A stretch of 64,000 bases of DNA from Candidatus Obscuribacteraceae bacterium (GCA_044226015.1 JBGAHS010000003.1:512001-576000); one strand, 5' to 3'. Positions 18,165 through 32,832 are shown, counted from the stretch's first letter. Notes: a model not told the origin generated them from the sequence alone. A program made the numbers and translations.

Positions 18165-19991
18165 ATGCTCGCAAACACAAGCCAACGTCTACTGTGCGCA
18201 ATTCTGAGCCTTTTGAGCTGTTTTCTTTTGACAACACACAGCACAAAGGCGGCGGACTTGCCACCTCTCGAGCAGACCTCGCCCACTCCGGTGAGTAACG
18301 TGAAAGAGTCGAAGGGCAATAACCGCCCTTCAGACGAAAAGGCGTTCGAGGCAGACAAGCATACAAAAGATTCCTCTGGGGCAGGTGGAGAAGAAATCGG
18401 CACCGACAATCAGCGACCGCCCGACCGCTCAGGGCAACAAATGGGGCAATCGGTTCGAAGTGCCTCGACAGGACAGCAAATCAAAGAAAAAAATCAGTCA
18501 AGCACAAAAACAAAACCCTGCAGCGCTATTGTTAAAGGCAAGGGACTCTCGATTTGTACCATGATTTCCGCTTTCGGTACCACAATCGAGAGCAAACCGT
18601 TTTTGGAACAGAGCCCAAGAATCGGAACTGCCGAAGATGTAGAACACAATCTCGGCGCCATCGGTAACACACTGGTGCCGGCAGGGCTCGAACTAGGCGC
18701 ATCCGGGCAATCAGCACACGGATCGTCAGTTGCAGCATCTCAGCTGATTCCCGTTGCCAGCCAGGAAGCAGGAATTGAAGCTGCTAATGCAGACAACTTT
18801 GCACAAAAAGTTCCGAACCCGAGAGGATGGGCGAAGGTAGCAAAAGGCGTGCTGCAATCGCAGAATGCACAAAACTCCGACAACCAGGCAAATTGTGCTC
18901 AGCAAAACACCGAGAATGCTTTCACCCAAATGAAAGTTCCACTCATTAATGTTGCCAACGAAGACGCAGCAGTCCCATGTTCCTCATCTCAAGCATTCAA
19001 GGAAGAATCGAATGTGATTTGGATGGTTCAGCAAATGTACAAAAAGTGCTACATCCCTATGGCGGTTTTGTTCTTGCTGCCTGGGGCAGTACTCACTCAA
19101 GTCAAGTCGTTGATCGCATTCGGCATTTTGAATATTCAAGATGATGACACGGCAAGCCCCTTCATGGGAATTTTCAGAGCCATTATGGCAATCTTCCTGA
19201 TTCCCGCAACCCAGCTAGCTGTGAGCTATTGCATAGACATTGGGAATGCCCTGACAGATCCAGTCGCAAAACGTGTTCAAGTTGAAACACTGATGGATTG
19301 GGTCAAAGAACAAGCTTACGCTAGTGACCCAAAGAACAATGATGGCTGCATCAAAAATGTCTCTGCCAATCAAGGAAAGCTGATGGGCACATCAGCAAAG
19401 TCAGTAGTGCAAGAACGGCAGAATGACTTAAACGTAACTGTTCAAAATACATTCAACACCATCAACGCCATGCTCTCGCAGGGGCTTGAAGTCCTGGGCG
19501 GATTTCAAATAGTAATGATGTGCTATCTCTTTCTGATGGGTCCCATTGCCGCTGCGCTCTACGCCTGGCCGGCAGCTGTTGGGAGAGACCTATTCAAACG
19601 AGCTTTTGGAAGTTGGCTTGATGGCGTAATCGTACTTTCGCTATGGAAATTCTGGTGGTGCATAGTTCTTATGTGTATGGCCATTCGATTGCAAAACGGC
19701 ATAGATGCTACCAGTCACTACGAAATGTACTATTACACAGCATTCATGGGCATTCTCGTTATGGTGCCTTTCCAGCCGTTCGAGTTTAGACCAGGAGAAG
19801 TTGTAAGCCAGGTGCTGGACAAAGCCCAGCAAGGCGGTGGCGGTGGCGCTGGCGGCGCCGGCAAAGGTGGCTCGAAAGGTAAGGGAGGAAATCCGCAGGG
19901 TGGCAAAGACACCGGAGGAAATTCAACTGCAACCGATGCCGGAGGAGAAGAGCCAGGCGGAAGTCACGGACCAGCAGGTTCTCACTACTAA
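18165..19991 (+). CDS. exported polytopic membrane protein, VirB6/TrbL-like core (paralog 1)
   Basis: Signal peptide; PMAVLFLLPGA...RAIMAIFLIP...GPIAAALYAWP...AFGSW...LWKFWW core; Gly-rich tail. Confidence 0.55.
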   Translation: MLANTSQRLLCAILSLLSCFLLTTHSTKAADLPPLEQTSPTPVSNVKESKGNNRPSDEKAFEADKHTKDSSGAGGEEIGTDNQRPPDRSGQQMGQSVRSASTGQQIKEKNQSSTKTKPCSAIVKGKGLSICTMISAFGTTIESKPFLEQSPRIGTAEDVEHNLGAIGNTLVPAGLELGASGQSAHGSSVAASQLIPVASQEAGIEAANADNFAQKVPNPRGWAKVAKGVLQSQNAQNSDNQANCAQQNTENAFTQMKVPLINVANEDAAVPCSSSQAFKEESNVIWMVQQMYKKCYIPMAVLFLLPGAVLTQVKSLIAFGILNIQDDDTASPFMGIFRAIMAIFLIPATQLAVSYCIDIGNALTDPVAKRVQVETLMDWVKEQAYASDPKNNDGCIKNVSANQGKLMGTSAKSVVQERQNDLNVTVQNTFNTINAMLSQGLEVLGGFQIVMMCYLFLMGPIAAALYAWPAAVGRDLFKRAFGSWLDGVIVLSLWKFWWCIVLMCMAIRLQNGIDATSHYEMYYYTAFMGILVMVPFQPFEFRPGEVVSQVLDKAQQGGGGGAGGAGKGGSKGKGGNPQGGKDTGGNSTATDAGGEEPGGSHGPAGSHY

Positions 19992-20042
19992 TAAATTGTG
20001 ATTCCCAGTAATAAAAGTAACCAGAACATCAGGACCACAAAA

Positions 20043-23876
<3,834 letters not shown>

Positions 23877-23904
23877 CTTGAGCCCTGCTCTAAAGCCCCG
23901 AATT

Positions 23905-23932
23905 AAAAAGGGACCGCTAATGCGGTCCCTTT
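23905..23932. terminator. bidirectional intrinsic terminator
   Basis: AAAAAGGGACCGC-TAAT-GCGGTCCCTTT between convergent genes. Confidence 0.85.
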
Positions 23933-23953
23933 CCATTATTGCTTGCGCTTGAC

Positions 23954-25129
23954 TTAGAGTCCTAGCTGACGAGCGATGAGCAATCTTTGAATTTCAGATG
24001 TGCCTTCGCCGATTTCGCAAAGCTTTGCATCACGCAGGAAGCGCTCTGCCGGGAAATCTTCAATGTAGCCGTAGCCACCGTGAATCTGAACGCAGAGATT
24101 GCAGACCTTGCTTGCGATTTCAGAAGCAAACAATTTCGCCTGAGACCCCTCAAGTGTAACTCTCTTGCCGTGATCCTTCATCCACGCAGCATGATAGAGC
24201 ATCAAACGTGCAGCACTAACTTGTGTAGCCATGTCAGCCAGATAAGCTTGAATAAGCTGGAACTTGCCGATAGGCTGACCGAAAGCTTCTCTTTGTTTGG
24301 CATACTGCAAAGCCGCATCAAGAGCTGCCTGAGCAATACCCAGCGCTAATGAGCCGATGGAGATGCGACCGCCCTCAAGCGTCATCAAAGCTTGCTTATA
24401 GCCTTCTCCTGGTGAGCCGAGAATATTGCCGGCTGGAATTTTGCAATCTTCCATGGTCAAACTGGCTGTCGGAGAACCGCGCATTCCAAGCTTCTTCTCG
24501 ACTTTGCTTACGTAGAAACCTGGTGTGCCTTTTTCGACCACGAATGCCGAGATACCCTTGCTGCCTGCGCCGGGGTCGGTCATCGCCATGATAATGGAGA
24601 TATCGGCATCAGTTGCATTAGTGATGAACTGCTTGGTTCCGTTCAAAACCCATTCATTGCCGACTTTCTTTGCAGTCGTTTTTTGAGCTGATGCATCAGA
24701 GCCAGTACCTGGTTCTGTCAGCGCCCAAGCACCGATGTACTCGCCGGTAGCGAGCTTCGGCAAATACTTTTTCTTTTGTTCATCGCTGCCGAAGAGCACG
24801 ATTGGCTTGGTGCCGAGCGAACAATGAGCAGCATAGCTCAAACCGGTAGAACCACATGCGCGCCCAATTTCTTCAACTGCGATAGCATAACTGCGGTAAT
24901 CAGAGCCTGTGCCGCCGTATTCTTCAGGAACCAGCAAACCCAACATGCCCAATTCACCTAGCTTTTTGAAGGTTTCAGCAGGAAATTTAGCTTCCTTGTC
25001 CACTGTAAAAGCTTTCGGTGCAATTTCGTTTGTAGCGAACTCGCGAATTAAATTGCGAATGTCCTGGTGTTCACCTTCAAGGAATTCGGCGTAAGGCAAA
25101 ACCTCTTTTTCAGACGCTGTAGTAGTCAA
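23954..25129 (-). CDS. acyl-CoA dehydrogenase (short/branched-chain type)
   Basis: [56 protein letters not shown]. Confidence 0.93.
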   Translation of the reverse strand: MTTTASEKEVLPYAEFLEGEHQDIRNLIREFATNEIAPKAFTVDKEAKFPAETFKKLGELGMLGLLVPEEYGGTGSDYRSYAIAVEEIGRACGSTGLSYAAHCSLGTKPIVLFGSDEQKKKYLPKLATGEYIGAWALTEPGTGSDASAQKTTAKKVGNEWVLNGTKQFITNATDADISIIMAMTDPGAGSKGISAFVVEKGTPGFYVSKVEKKLGMRGSPTASLTMEDCKIPAGNILGSPGEGYKQALMTLEGGRISIGSLALGIAQAALDAALQYAKQREAFGQPIGKFQLIQAYLADMATQVSAARLMLYHAAWMKDHGKRVTLEGSQAKLFASEIASKVCNLCVQIHGGYGYIEDFPAERFLRDAKLCEIGEGTSEIQRLLIARQLGL

Positions 25130-25267
25130 GATCTATTCTCCTTCAAAACCCCTCCCAAGCAGAAGCTATCGCTGCCTGTAGGTAGATAGAGATCATAGCG
25201 CCTGCAGCGACACTAAATCTTTTCCTTAGCATTTCCTTTTGCTTGCTGAATGCTTCTTTCAACCTGG

Positions 25268-26407
25268 TCAGCAGCTTGGCACTGCCTCGCCCAGAAGGAA
25301 AGACTCTGCAGCTTTTACTATACGCTCTGCCGCTTTGCCGTCCCCAAAAGGGTTCACAGCCGAGGACATCTTGGAATAGCTGGCAGGATTTTCCAGAAGA
25401 TCACGAGCCGCCTCGAAAATACCTTCACGCTTCACGCCAACAATGCGAGCCACTCCGGCATCTGCTGCCTCCGGACGTTCGGTGTTCGTCCTGAGAACCA
25501 GAACAGGTTTGCCCAGGGTCGGCGCCTCTTCCTGAATGCCGCCACTGTCTGTAAGAACAAAATGACAGCGGCGCATAGCCTGCACAAAAGGGACATAATC
25601 AAGCGGTTCAACCAATATCAAACGGGGATGCCCTTCAAATACAGGCAGCATTGATTCTCGAACAATCGGATTTTTGTGAATGGGGTACAAAATCTGCACT
25701 TCCGGAAACTGGTCGGCAATGCGACGCAAAGCATGAGCGATTTCCGACATGCTGTCGCCCCAGTTCTCCCGTCGATGTGCTGTTACTAGGAGAACCTTGT
25801 ACTTCTCGAAATCGGCAGCACCGTACAAACTCTCGTCAACTTGTGTGTGGTCAAGCTTTTTCACAGTTTCGAGCAAGGCGTCGATGACAGTATTGCCAGT
25901 CATTACAACATTGTGGACGATGTTTTCCTTGCGCAGATTAGCAACAGCCCTTTCAGTCGGAGCAAAATGAATTGATGCCAGCTGAGTAGTAAGGCGGCGA
26001 GCCATTTCCTCCGGAAACGGATTATAGCGATCATCTGTGCGCAAGCCAGCTTCGACGTGACCCACTGGTACCTTCTGGTAATGGGCAGCCAGAGAGGCTG
26101 ACATTACCGTCGTGGTATCTCCCTGAACCAGCAGTAAATCTGGTTTCACTTTTTGAAGAATTTCGTCAACACCCACGACAACCCTTGAGGTTAACTCCGC
26201 CAGAGTCTGCCCATGCTTCATAATATCCATATCGAAATCAGGCTCGATTTCGAACCAGCGAAGCATTTGATCGAGCATCTCGCGATGCTGCGCTGTCAAG
26301 ACCACAACAGGTTCTACTTCTGTCGATCGCTTCAACGCGTGGACGACGGGGGCTAGTTTTACTGCTTCGGGACGCGTACCAAAGACGCACATAACTCGTT
26401 TTTTCAT
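25268..26407 (-). CDS. wecB: UDP-N-acetylglucosamine 2-epimerase (non-hydrolysing)
   Basis: FGTRPEAVK, QGDTTT, HVEAGLRT, TAHRREN, TDSGGIQEEAP, TERPE. Confidence 0.95.
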   Translation of the reverse strand: MKKRVMCVFGTRPEAVKLAPVVHALKRSTEVEPVVVLTAQHREMLDQMLRWFEIEPDFDMDIMKHGQTLAELTSRVVVGVDEILQKVKPDLLLVQGDTTTVMSASLAAHYQKVPVGHVEAGLRTDDRYNPFPEEMARRLTTQLASIHFAPTERAVANLRKENIVHNVVMTGNTVIDALLETVKKLDHTQVDESLYGAADFEKYKVLLVTAHRRENWGDSMSEIAHALRRIADQFPEVQILYPIHKNPIVRESMLPVFEGHPRLILVEPLDYVPFVQAMRRCHFVLTDSGGIQEEAPTLGKPVLVLRTNTERPEAADAGVARIVGVKREGIFEAARDLLENPASYSKMSSAVNPFGDGKAAERIVKAAESFLLGEAVPSC

Positions 26408-26766
26408 GGGTTCAATTCTAACTCAGGTAGTTTCGCTTTGGGACTCTTGATATGGTTCAGGCAACATTGATAATGCGTGATACCGTGGGCGACACCACCA
26501 GCATGTCGTCAGCAGCAGGGGACGGTTCAAGAAGATGCGCTTGCAGCCAGAGGTAAAGCCATTTCCGAAGAACGATACAAGCAAGAACTCAAGCTAGACG
26601 ATTCTGTCAATTGCAAACGAAAGACTCAAAACTGTTTTTCAGCAAGCATCTAGCAGAGTTAACCTGAAGTATATACACAGTATCGAAAGATCTGGAACCA
26701 GTGGCGATGCGCCTGGAAGATCAAAAAGCTTCGAATCTGGGAACCTTTATCAGACCCAAGTTTTAA

Positions 26767-26857
26767 TTGACAGGTAGCTAGTGTTTAGATTAACCTCAAG
26801 ACCAGATCGTGACACTATATCTAGTGTCGCAAAGTCCAGAAAAACCATCTTTTGTTG
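26767..26857 (+). promoter_or_regulatory. sigma70-like promoter with NrdR box(es) upstream of the RNR gene
   Basis: TTGACA at 26767, TAACCT at 26791; ACACTATATCTAGTGT (26812-26827) matches the NrdR consensus acaCwAtATaTwGtgt; weaker second box AAACCATCTTTTGTTG at 26842. Confidence 0.75.
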
Positions 26858-26958
26858 AGTTCCTCACCGCGACATGTCAAGAGCAACAGCCCTTGATCCT
26901 CTTTAATTCGTCTCGTATATCCGAAATTTAGATATAATCTAACTAGAAATGGGCGCAA

Positions 26959-29900
26959 ATGTTCACTATCAAGTCCTCAAAAAGGGCAATATCTCCTGTT
27001 AAATCAGATTCGATGCAGCAAACCGAAATAGAAAACGACAAACTAAGCCGCTTTGGCGACTATACAGATTCATACTGGGAGTCAACCCAGGAAACGCTCG
27101 TAGGCTTGTATGCAAAACGGCATCCTGAAACGGGGCTGCCAATTGAAGATCTCAATGGAATTATTCATCGTGTCGCGTTTGCAAACGCAATCGCAGAACT
27201 CAAATACGCTCTGAGTCCAAGTGAGCTTGTAGCTCTCAGTTTCGAAGAAGCTATTATTCACCCATCCGTGACTGACTGGGCTAAAACCTTTGCAGAGTGC
27301 ATAGGCAAACAACGCTTCTGGGCAAACACCCCAGGGAACATAAATGCGGACCCCGAGATTTCCTTGAGAGTTCTGAAATACTGGGCGCACGGCCAACTTG
27401 CAGGCATGAAAGAGGATGAAATCTGGCTTCGTTCAGATGAGCTTTCACGCGCATACAGCAAGAAATCACTAAAAGTTGTTGATAAAGAGGGAAAGGCGAA
27501 AGGCTCGGAACATGAGCTTGCTATGGGCAAGCTCGCCACCGAACTTAAAGGAAAAGGTTGCCTCGCGGCTTGCGGTGTGGCCTTTGTCGAAGACAGCCTT
27601 GAAGGCATTCAAACGACTGCTGAAATTGAAGCGCTTGCAGCGAAAGCTGCCATGGGCATGGGCTTGAACACCTCAAGCTTACGTCCCTGGTCAAGCATAA
27701 TTTCTAATGGTGCTGCTGCTTCTGGACCAGATAGATTCTACGAAAAATCTATAGCAAAAGCCGTGGAAGCAGTAGCGCAGGGCGGTCGCAGAGGTGGCGC
27801 TTTGATTGAGTTGCGCAACTCAGATCATCCCGACATTTTGTTTTTTATCGAAAAGAAACGCCTGGTGCCGCGCCCGAGCCTGGCTCAAATATTCAAAGAG
27901 CTTCGTTTGCAAATAAAGCAGGCTCCTGGCGAAGCAAATATGGACTATAAGAAACGGTTACTTACTGAAGCAGAGCACCGTTTCGGGCAGCAATACGCAG
28001 AATTTGTCGAAAAACAAAACTATTTAAAGAACACCAACATCACCGTGCTTGCAATGCCCGGTTTTATGGATGCTGTGCGCGATGGGCTTTTTTACCCAGT
28101 CAAATTCAACAATCAGATCTGGAATGGTGCAGTTTACGATCCCCGAAAGCCTGTAAAAGACGAGAAAAGCGGACAGGTAAAAGTAAACAAACTAAGCAAA
28201 GAACTAGTCTACGAGGAATATTCCGTCGACTTGAATATTTACCCGGAAGCAAGAGAAGCAGCTCGCAGACTTGATTACGCTCAGGTCGAACTTAAAGAAA
28301 GCGAACTGACGGTGCGTGGTCATTTGTATGCGCCTGAAGTGTTCCAACGCATCATAGATGGTATGCAAAGCAGCGGAGAGCCCGGCATTGCATTCTACGA
28401 TCACGTCAATGCAGCAAATGCAAACAATCACATTTATGATTTGAACACCTGCAACCCCTGCGGCGAACAGTTTCTGCCAGCAGGAAAAGGTAGCGATGGC
28501 CGAGTTTATATGGGAACCTGCAACTTAGCATCGATGCACGCTGCGCACAAAGAACTTTTCAATGAAGACGGCAGTTTTAACACCCAGCGCATGAAAGACA
28601 TTGCGAAGATCATGCAACGATTCATGGACAATGTCTCAGATGTAAGCTGGTATCCAATTCCAGCACAAAATATGACCACTCGAATGGAGAGGCGCAACGG
28701 CGGTGGTTTTGCTGGAATAGCAGAATATCTGTCGCGACTCGGACTGGAATTTGGTGATTCCATGGCGCTTTCAAGCGTGGAAGAGCTCTACAAACAATTC
28801 ACGCGCGCCTCTGTTGAAGCATCTGAGCAACTGGCAAAAGAACGTGGTGTGTATCCCTTATGGGAAGGAAGCCGCTTTGCAAAACGCGGCTTGAAAGTAC
28901 GCAACTCCTGCATGACCAACAATGCTCCAACCGGAACCCTGGCGCAAGCACTGCAGACAAGCTGGGGCGTTGACCCCCATAACGGAATAGTTTTTTCACG
29001 CAAAGTGCGCTCACGTTACGTTGACTTTGTAGCACCAGGCTTCCGCGAAGCTATGGCTAAACACAAAGCATGGCCGGCGACAGAAGACGAACAGATTCAG
29101 CTGATGAAACGCATTCGCAGCAATAACAAATCTTGCAGAGGTGTTGATGCTGTTCCTGCGGCGGTGCAACGGGCATTTCCAATTCGAATTGAAATCGAGC
29201 CAGAAAAATATATCAAACATCTTGCAGCAATCCACAAGGGAGCTGAGGAGTTTCCCGAAGCCTTCAACTCCGTCTCAAACACCTGTTCAATCCCCGCGGA
29301 CATGAGCGACCAATCCATTGGCGAAGCCGTGATGCTGGCGTACGAACTGGGAGTTAAGGACGTTACCTTCTACCCTGATGGCAGCCGCCTCAGCCAACCA
29401 GTTGAACAAATTGCAGCTGATAAGATGGCACCAGAAGCTGATTTACTCTCACTTCTGGGGCACCAGGAACAACGCCCTATCAACATAGAAGAAACCTCTG
29501 GGCTCACATACAAGATTCGCGTTGGTTCTCCTGGCGGCGGTTCCACGCTGCATGTCAGCCTGAATCACGAGATAGATCATCCTGGTGAACTTGTAGAAGT
29601 CTATGCTCGCATGGGCAAACCAGGAGCCATCGAAGCAGGCTTGTTTGAAGCTGTAGGACGCCTCGCATCTGCGTTTTTGCAGTATGCAGCACAGTTTGGA
29701 GAATCAGAGCGGGCAATTGCTGAAAACACAATAGTTCAACAGCTAATCAATATTCAGTCTGGCTACCCGGCATTTTTCAAATTTGGCGATGCCAACAAAC
29801 CAGCTGTAATTCAATCGCCATGCGACGGGCTAGCTAAAGCCATACTTGAATATCGAAAAGGGTATAGCAAGATTGCCCGACGACTGACACCCACTGATAC

Positions 29901-30054
29901 CGCCAATGATGCCGGCGATCTATCTGCACCTACAACTTTTGTTGACGAAGAGGAGTTCAAAATGGGCGCCTGCAGTCACTGTGGGCAAGATGATTGGGCA
30001 AAAGCAGATGGCTGCTACATGTGCCAATCTTGCGGCTATTCGAAGTGCGGCTAG
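26959..30054 (+). CDS. nrdJ: class II (adenosylcobalamin-dependent) ribonucleotide reductase, divergent
   Basis: AQGGRRGGA, HPDI, SGEPG, CNPCGEQ, GTCNLAS, APTGT; C-terminal IQSPCD (TSCPD-like) and CxxC...DGCYMCQSCGYSKCG; no ATP cone; no adjacent beta subunit; NrdR box. Confidence 0.85.
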   Translation: MFTIKSSKRAISPVKSDSMQQTEIENDKLSRFGDYTDSYWESTQETLVGLYAKRHPETGLPIEDLNGIIHRVAFANAIAELKYALSPSELVALSFEEAIIHPSVTDWAKTFAECIGKQRFWANTPGNINADPEISLRVLKYWAHGQLAGMKEDEIWLRSDELSRAYSKKSLKVVDKEGKAKGSEHELAMGKLATELKGKGCLAACGVAFVEDSLEGIQTTAEIEALAAKAAMGMGLNTSSLRPWSSIISNGAAASGPDRFYEKSIAKAVEAVAQGGRRGGALIELRNSDHPDILFFIEKKRLVPRPSLAQIFKELRLQIKQAPGEANMDYKKRLLTEAEHRFGQQYAEFVEKQNYLKNTNITVLAMPGFMDAVRDGLFYPVKFNNQIWNGAVYDPRKPVKDEKSGQVKVNKLSKELVYEEYSVDLNIYPEAREAARRLDYAQVELKESELTVRGHLYAPEVFQRIIDGMQSSGEPGIAFYDHVNAANANNHIYDLNTCNPCGEQFLPAGKGSDGRVYMGTCNLASMHAAHKELFNEDGSFNTQRMKDIAKIMQRFMDNVSDVSWYPIPAQNMTTRMERRNGGGFAGIAEYLSRLGLEFGDSMALSSVEELYKQFTRASVEASEQLAKERGVYPLWEGSRFAKRGLKVRNSCMTNNAPTGTLAQALQTSWGVDPHNGIVFSRKVRSRYVDFVAPGFREAMAKHKAWPATEDEQIQLMKRIRSNNKSCRGVDAVPAAVQRAFPIRIEIEPEKYIKHLAAIHKGAEEFPEAFNSVSNTCSIPADMSDQSIGEAVMLAYELGVKDVTFYPDGSRLSQPVEQIAADKMAPEADLLSLLGHQEQRPINIEETSGLTYKIRVGSPGGGSTLHVSLNHEIDHPGELVEVYARMGKPGAIEAGLFEAVGRLASAFLQYAAQFGESERAIAENTIVQQLINIQSGYPAFFKFGDANKPAVIQSPCDGLAKAILEYRKGYSKIARRLTPTDTANDAGDLSAPTTFVDEEEFKMGACSHCGQDDWAKADGCYMCQSCGYSKCG

Positions 30055-30211
30055 ACTGCAATCTAAGAAAAATCAGTCAACGTGGAGAGCATTCCTGGAA
30101 TTCAGGGATGTTCTTTACTTGATATTTCACACCGAATTGCTAAGCTATTCTCGCTGACACGCTTAATTTACAGGGCTGTAGAATATAACTCAGCAGTTTC
30201 TTGGATAACAC

Positions 30212-31204
30212 ATGGACTCTAGTAAACAACAACAGAGCGGCGCAAAAGACTATTACTACATTCTCGGCATATCTCCGGATGCAAGTCCCCAGCAGATTCA
30301 AGCCGCCTTTCAGGAGCTGTATGACAAATACGGTCCTCATGTGACTTACACGAGCCAAGACTCCGACGCCATGGTGAAGCTCTACAAAGACATCACCGAG
30401 GCCTGGGAAACGCTGGGCGACCCGCAAAAGAGAGCAGAATACGACCAGGCGCAGATGCCACTTTTGCAAAAAAGTCATTTGCGAAACCTCTGGGGAAAGC
30501 TTACAGGAGCAAAAACTGGCGAAGAACCAAAACTAAAAGATGATCTTGCTGATACTCACACAAGCGTCGAGGTTACTCTGAGAGAAGCCGTCAAAGGATC
30601 ACGCAAGCAAGTCAAGGTCGAGGATTTCAAACCTTGTGAAGCCTGTCTCAGCAAAAAGCCAGTTGATCGAATCAAGTGCTTGCAATGCCATGGTTCCGGC
30701 CAGGTTAAAGCCGACCGGGTAGAAGTTTTGGAAATAGCTCCGGGAACCTTCGAAAAACAAGAGATTAAGCTACTCGGAAAAGGTCGCTATGATGCCAGGC
30801 TTCGTCGGCACGCAGATTTAGTCGTGGAGGTGCAATTCCAGCAGCACCCATTTTTTAGCGTTCACGGAAAGGATGTTTCCTGTACAGTTCCGGTCAATCT
30901 GTACGAAGCTATTCTCGGAGCCGAAATCGAAGCACCAACGCCGGCCGGCAAGGTAATGATGAAAATTCAGCCTCTCACACAGAGAGGACGCGTCTACCGA
31001 CTAAAAGGTCTGGGCTTGGGAGGCGGAGACTTGCTTCTATCCATAGAAGTAGTAATTCCCTCGCAACTGCATGCCGATGAAGTAGAACTCTTCAGAAGAT
31101 TGCAGAAAGTGTCCTCCCAACCTAACCCGAGGACAGATTTATTTGGCAAGTTGCAGGCCTACAATCAGGCTCAACAAATTCCTGGGTCAGATCAAAATAG
31201 ATAG
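30212..31204 (+). CDS. DnaJ/CbpA-like protein with non-canonical J-domain
   Basis: KDYYYILG...KYGPH...EAWETLGDPQKRAEYD; one Zn finger (CEAC/CLQCHGSG); C-terminal DnaJ domain (EAILGAEIEAPT, RLKGLG). Confidence 0.85.
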   Translation: MDSSKQQQSGAKDYYYILGISPDASPQQIQAAFQELYDKYGPHVTYTSQDSDAMVKLYKDITEAWETLGDPQKRAEYDQAQMPLLQKSHLRNLWGKLTGAKTGEEPKLKDDLADTHTSVEVTLREAVKGSRKQVKVEDFKPCEACLSKKPVDRIKCLQCHGSGQVKADRVEVLEIAPGTFEKQEIKLLGKGRYDARLRRHADLVVEVQFQQHPFFSVHGKDVSCTVPVNLYEAILGAEIEAPTPAGKVMMKIQPLTQRGRVYRLKGLGLGGGDLLLSIEVVIPSQLHADEVELFRRLQKVSSQPNPRTDLFGKLQAYNQAQQIPGSDQNR

Positions 31205-31820
31205 AAAATCGCATCATTCTAATGGGCCAATTGAAAATTGAAAAGGATTCGCTCGAAAGGTAGCCAAGCGCTAGCGGGCGGCTGCGAGATGACACAAAAA
31301 CACTGTAGCCAAGAGGTCCGAGGTTAGCGCTTTTGTTAAGCTTCCCAGAACACGCTCACGAGGCTGCGCTAAGGGTGAAAACCCTTACCATCAGGGAATC
31401 TTAGCGACTTGTAATAATTACAGGCCACGGCACTTACTACCCCAAAAAGCACCCCTTTAATAACTACCGTTACACAAGTCAAGATAAACATTTGCAAGGC
31501 TAGAGGGCGTTTCGTCAAAAGCTTCATCAGCATAGGATACGGGCTGTCAAGAGTTATGAGTGCAGGTCAAACAGCACACTAATGATCGTTGAACCCATAA
31601 CGGCGTATGCACTAGGGTCAGGTACACCCTTTTGTTCCCTCTAACCGCGAACCCACAAGCTTCTAACCCCGCAAAACAAAGAAGAAAACACCGAGAAGAG
31701 ACCCTGTTCAGTCCCGCGAACAAGAGTAGCTTCTGGCTTCTTTCCTAGCGATAGGAATTCCCAGCCGAACACATATCGTGAACGGCTCTTCTAACTTTCG
31801 CAAAAGCGAAGGAGACCAAC

Positions 31821-32750
31821 ATGACTACCAATGACAAGTCCATCCGGGACGGAGTGCTGCGCGCTATGTCCGTCAGCGCTCTCGGAACCCGCGAGAGTTT
31901 CTTAACGTATTCGGGCATCCTTCCGGTCAAGCTGCCGGACGGTACCCGATTCATCATCTACCCCGACACGCACATCCCGGCGCATCATCGGCGCCTCTTC
32001 TGGGCTGTGCTCCGTTTCGCTGCCGACTACAAGCCGCACGTGAACATCGCCATCGGCGACTGGCTCGACGTGTTCGCTCTCAGCCGGCATCCCAGCCAGC
32101 TCCGCGCGGTCAAGAAACCGCAGGACGAGTTCGACGAAGGCAAGCGCATCTGGGACGAGCTGATGGATGTCACAGGCGCTGCCTGGGGCTACATCATCGC
32201 CGGCAACCACGAAGACCGCATCTACCGCTTCCTGCAGGATCTCGCGCCCGCGCTCGGCAACATTGTTACGCCGAACAATCGCGAACCGCTGAACTTCCAC
32301 AACCTGATGGGTTTCACCCCGAAGGACAACACGACCTTCCTCTACGGCGTGGAAGAGCGTGGTGGTTTCGAAGGCGGCATGGTCATCAACAATGACCTGA
32401 ACCTGCACCACGGCATCATCGTGAAGCCGCAGCCCGGTGGTTCGGCGCAGGCCGACATGATGAAGTGGCAGTGGAACATCGGTCACGGTCACACGCACCG
32501 CATGGGCCACTCCGCCATCGGCAACCTCCGTTCGTACGAGTTTGGTCACCTGGTCGACCCCGACCACTCCTATCTCTCGTATGCGAAGTCGATGTTCCCG
32601 AACTGGGCTTTCGGTCTGGCCGCCGGCGTCGTTTACAACGGCAAGGTGCACGTCCAGCCGATTCCGGTCATCCCCATGTCCGATGAGACCGGCACGACGC
32701 GCCTCGGCTTCGTGTGGGATGGAAAGGTCTACCTCGAGTCGGACCGCTGA
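31821..32750 (+). CDS. calcineurin-like metallophosphoesterase (phage-type)
   Basis: All five metal motifs present: DTH, GDWLD, GNHEDR, HHG, GHTHR; AAGGAG RBS. Confidence 0.88.
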   Translation: MTTNDKSIRDGVLRAMSVSALGTRESFLTYSGILPVKLPDGTRFIIYPDTHIPAHHRRLFWAVLRFAADYKPHVNIAIGDWLDVFALSRHPSQLRAVKKPQDEFDEGKRIWDELMDVTGAAWGYIIAGNHEDRIYRFLQDLAPALGNIVTPNNREPLNFHNLMGFTPKDNTTFLYGVEERGGFEGGMVINNDLNLHHGIIVKPQPGGSAQADMMKWQWNIGHGHTHRMGHSAIGNLRSYEFGHLVDPDHSYLSYAKSMFPNWAFGLAAGVVYNGKVHVQPIPVIPMSDETGTTRLGFVWDGKVYLESDR

Positions 32751-32832
32751 TCCTTCTGCAGGCGGAAGTGGGGCATAACGCACGCTTCCGCCTGCCTGGT
32801 TTTTCATTCACAATTCACAAGGAGCTCAGACC

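Noticed and set aside
26408..26760. Possible cobalamin riboswitch upstream of nrdJ
   Set aside because: No recognisable B12-box or GGGAA/CCCCCGCAACTGT core
27350..28320. Inteins in the RNR
   Set aside because: The inserts are short and lack the N-terminal Cys/Ser block, HN-C/S/T end and LAGLIDADG motifs
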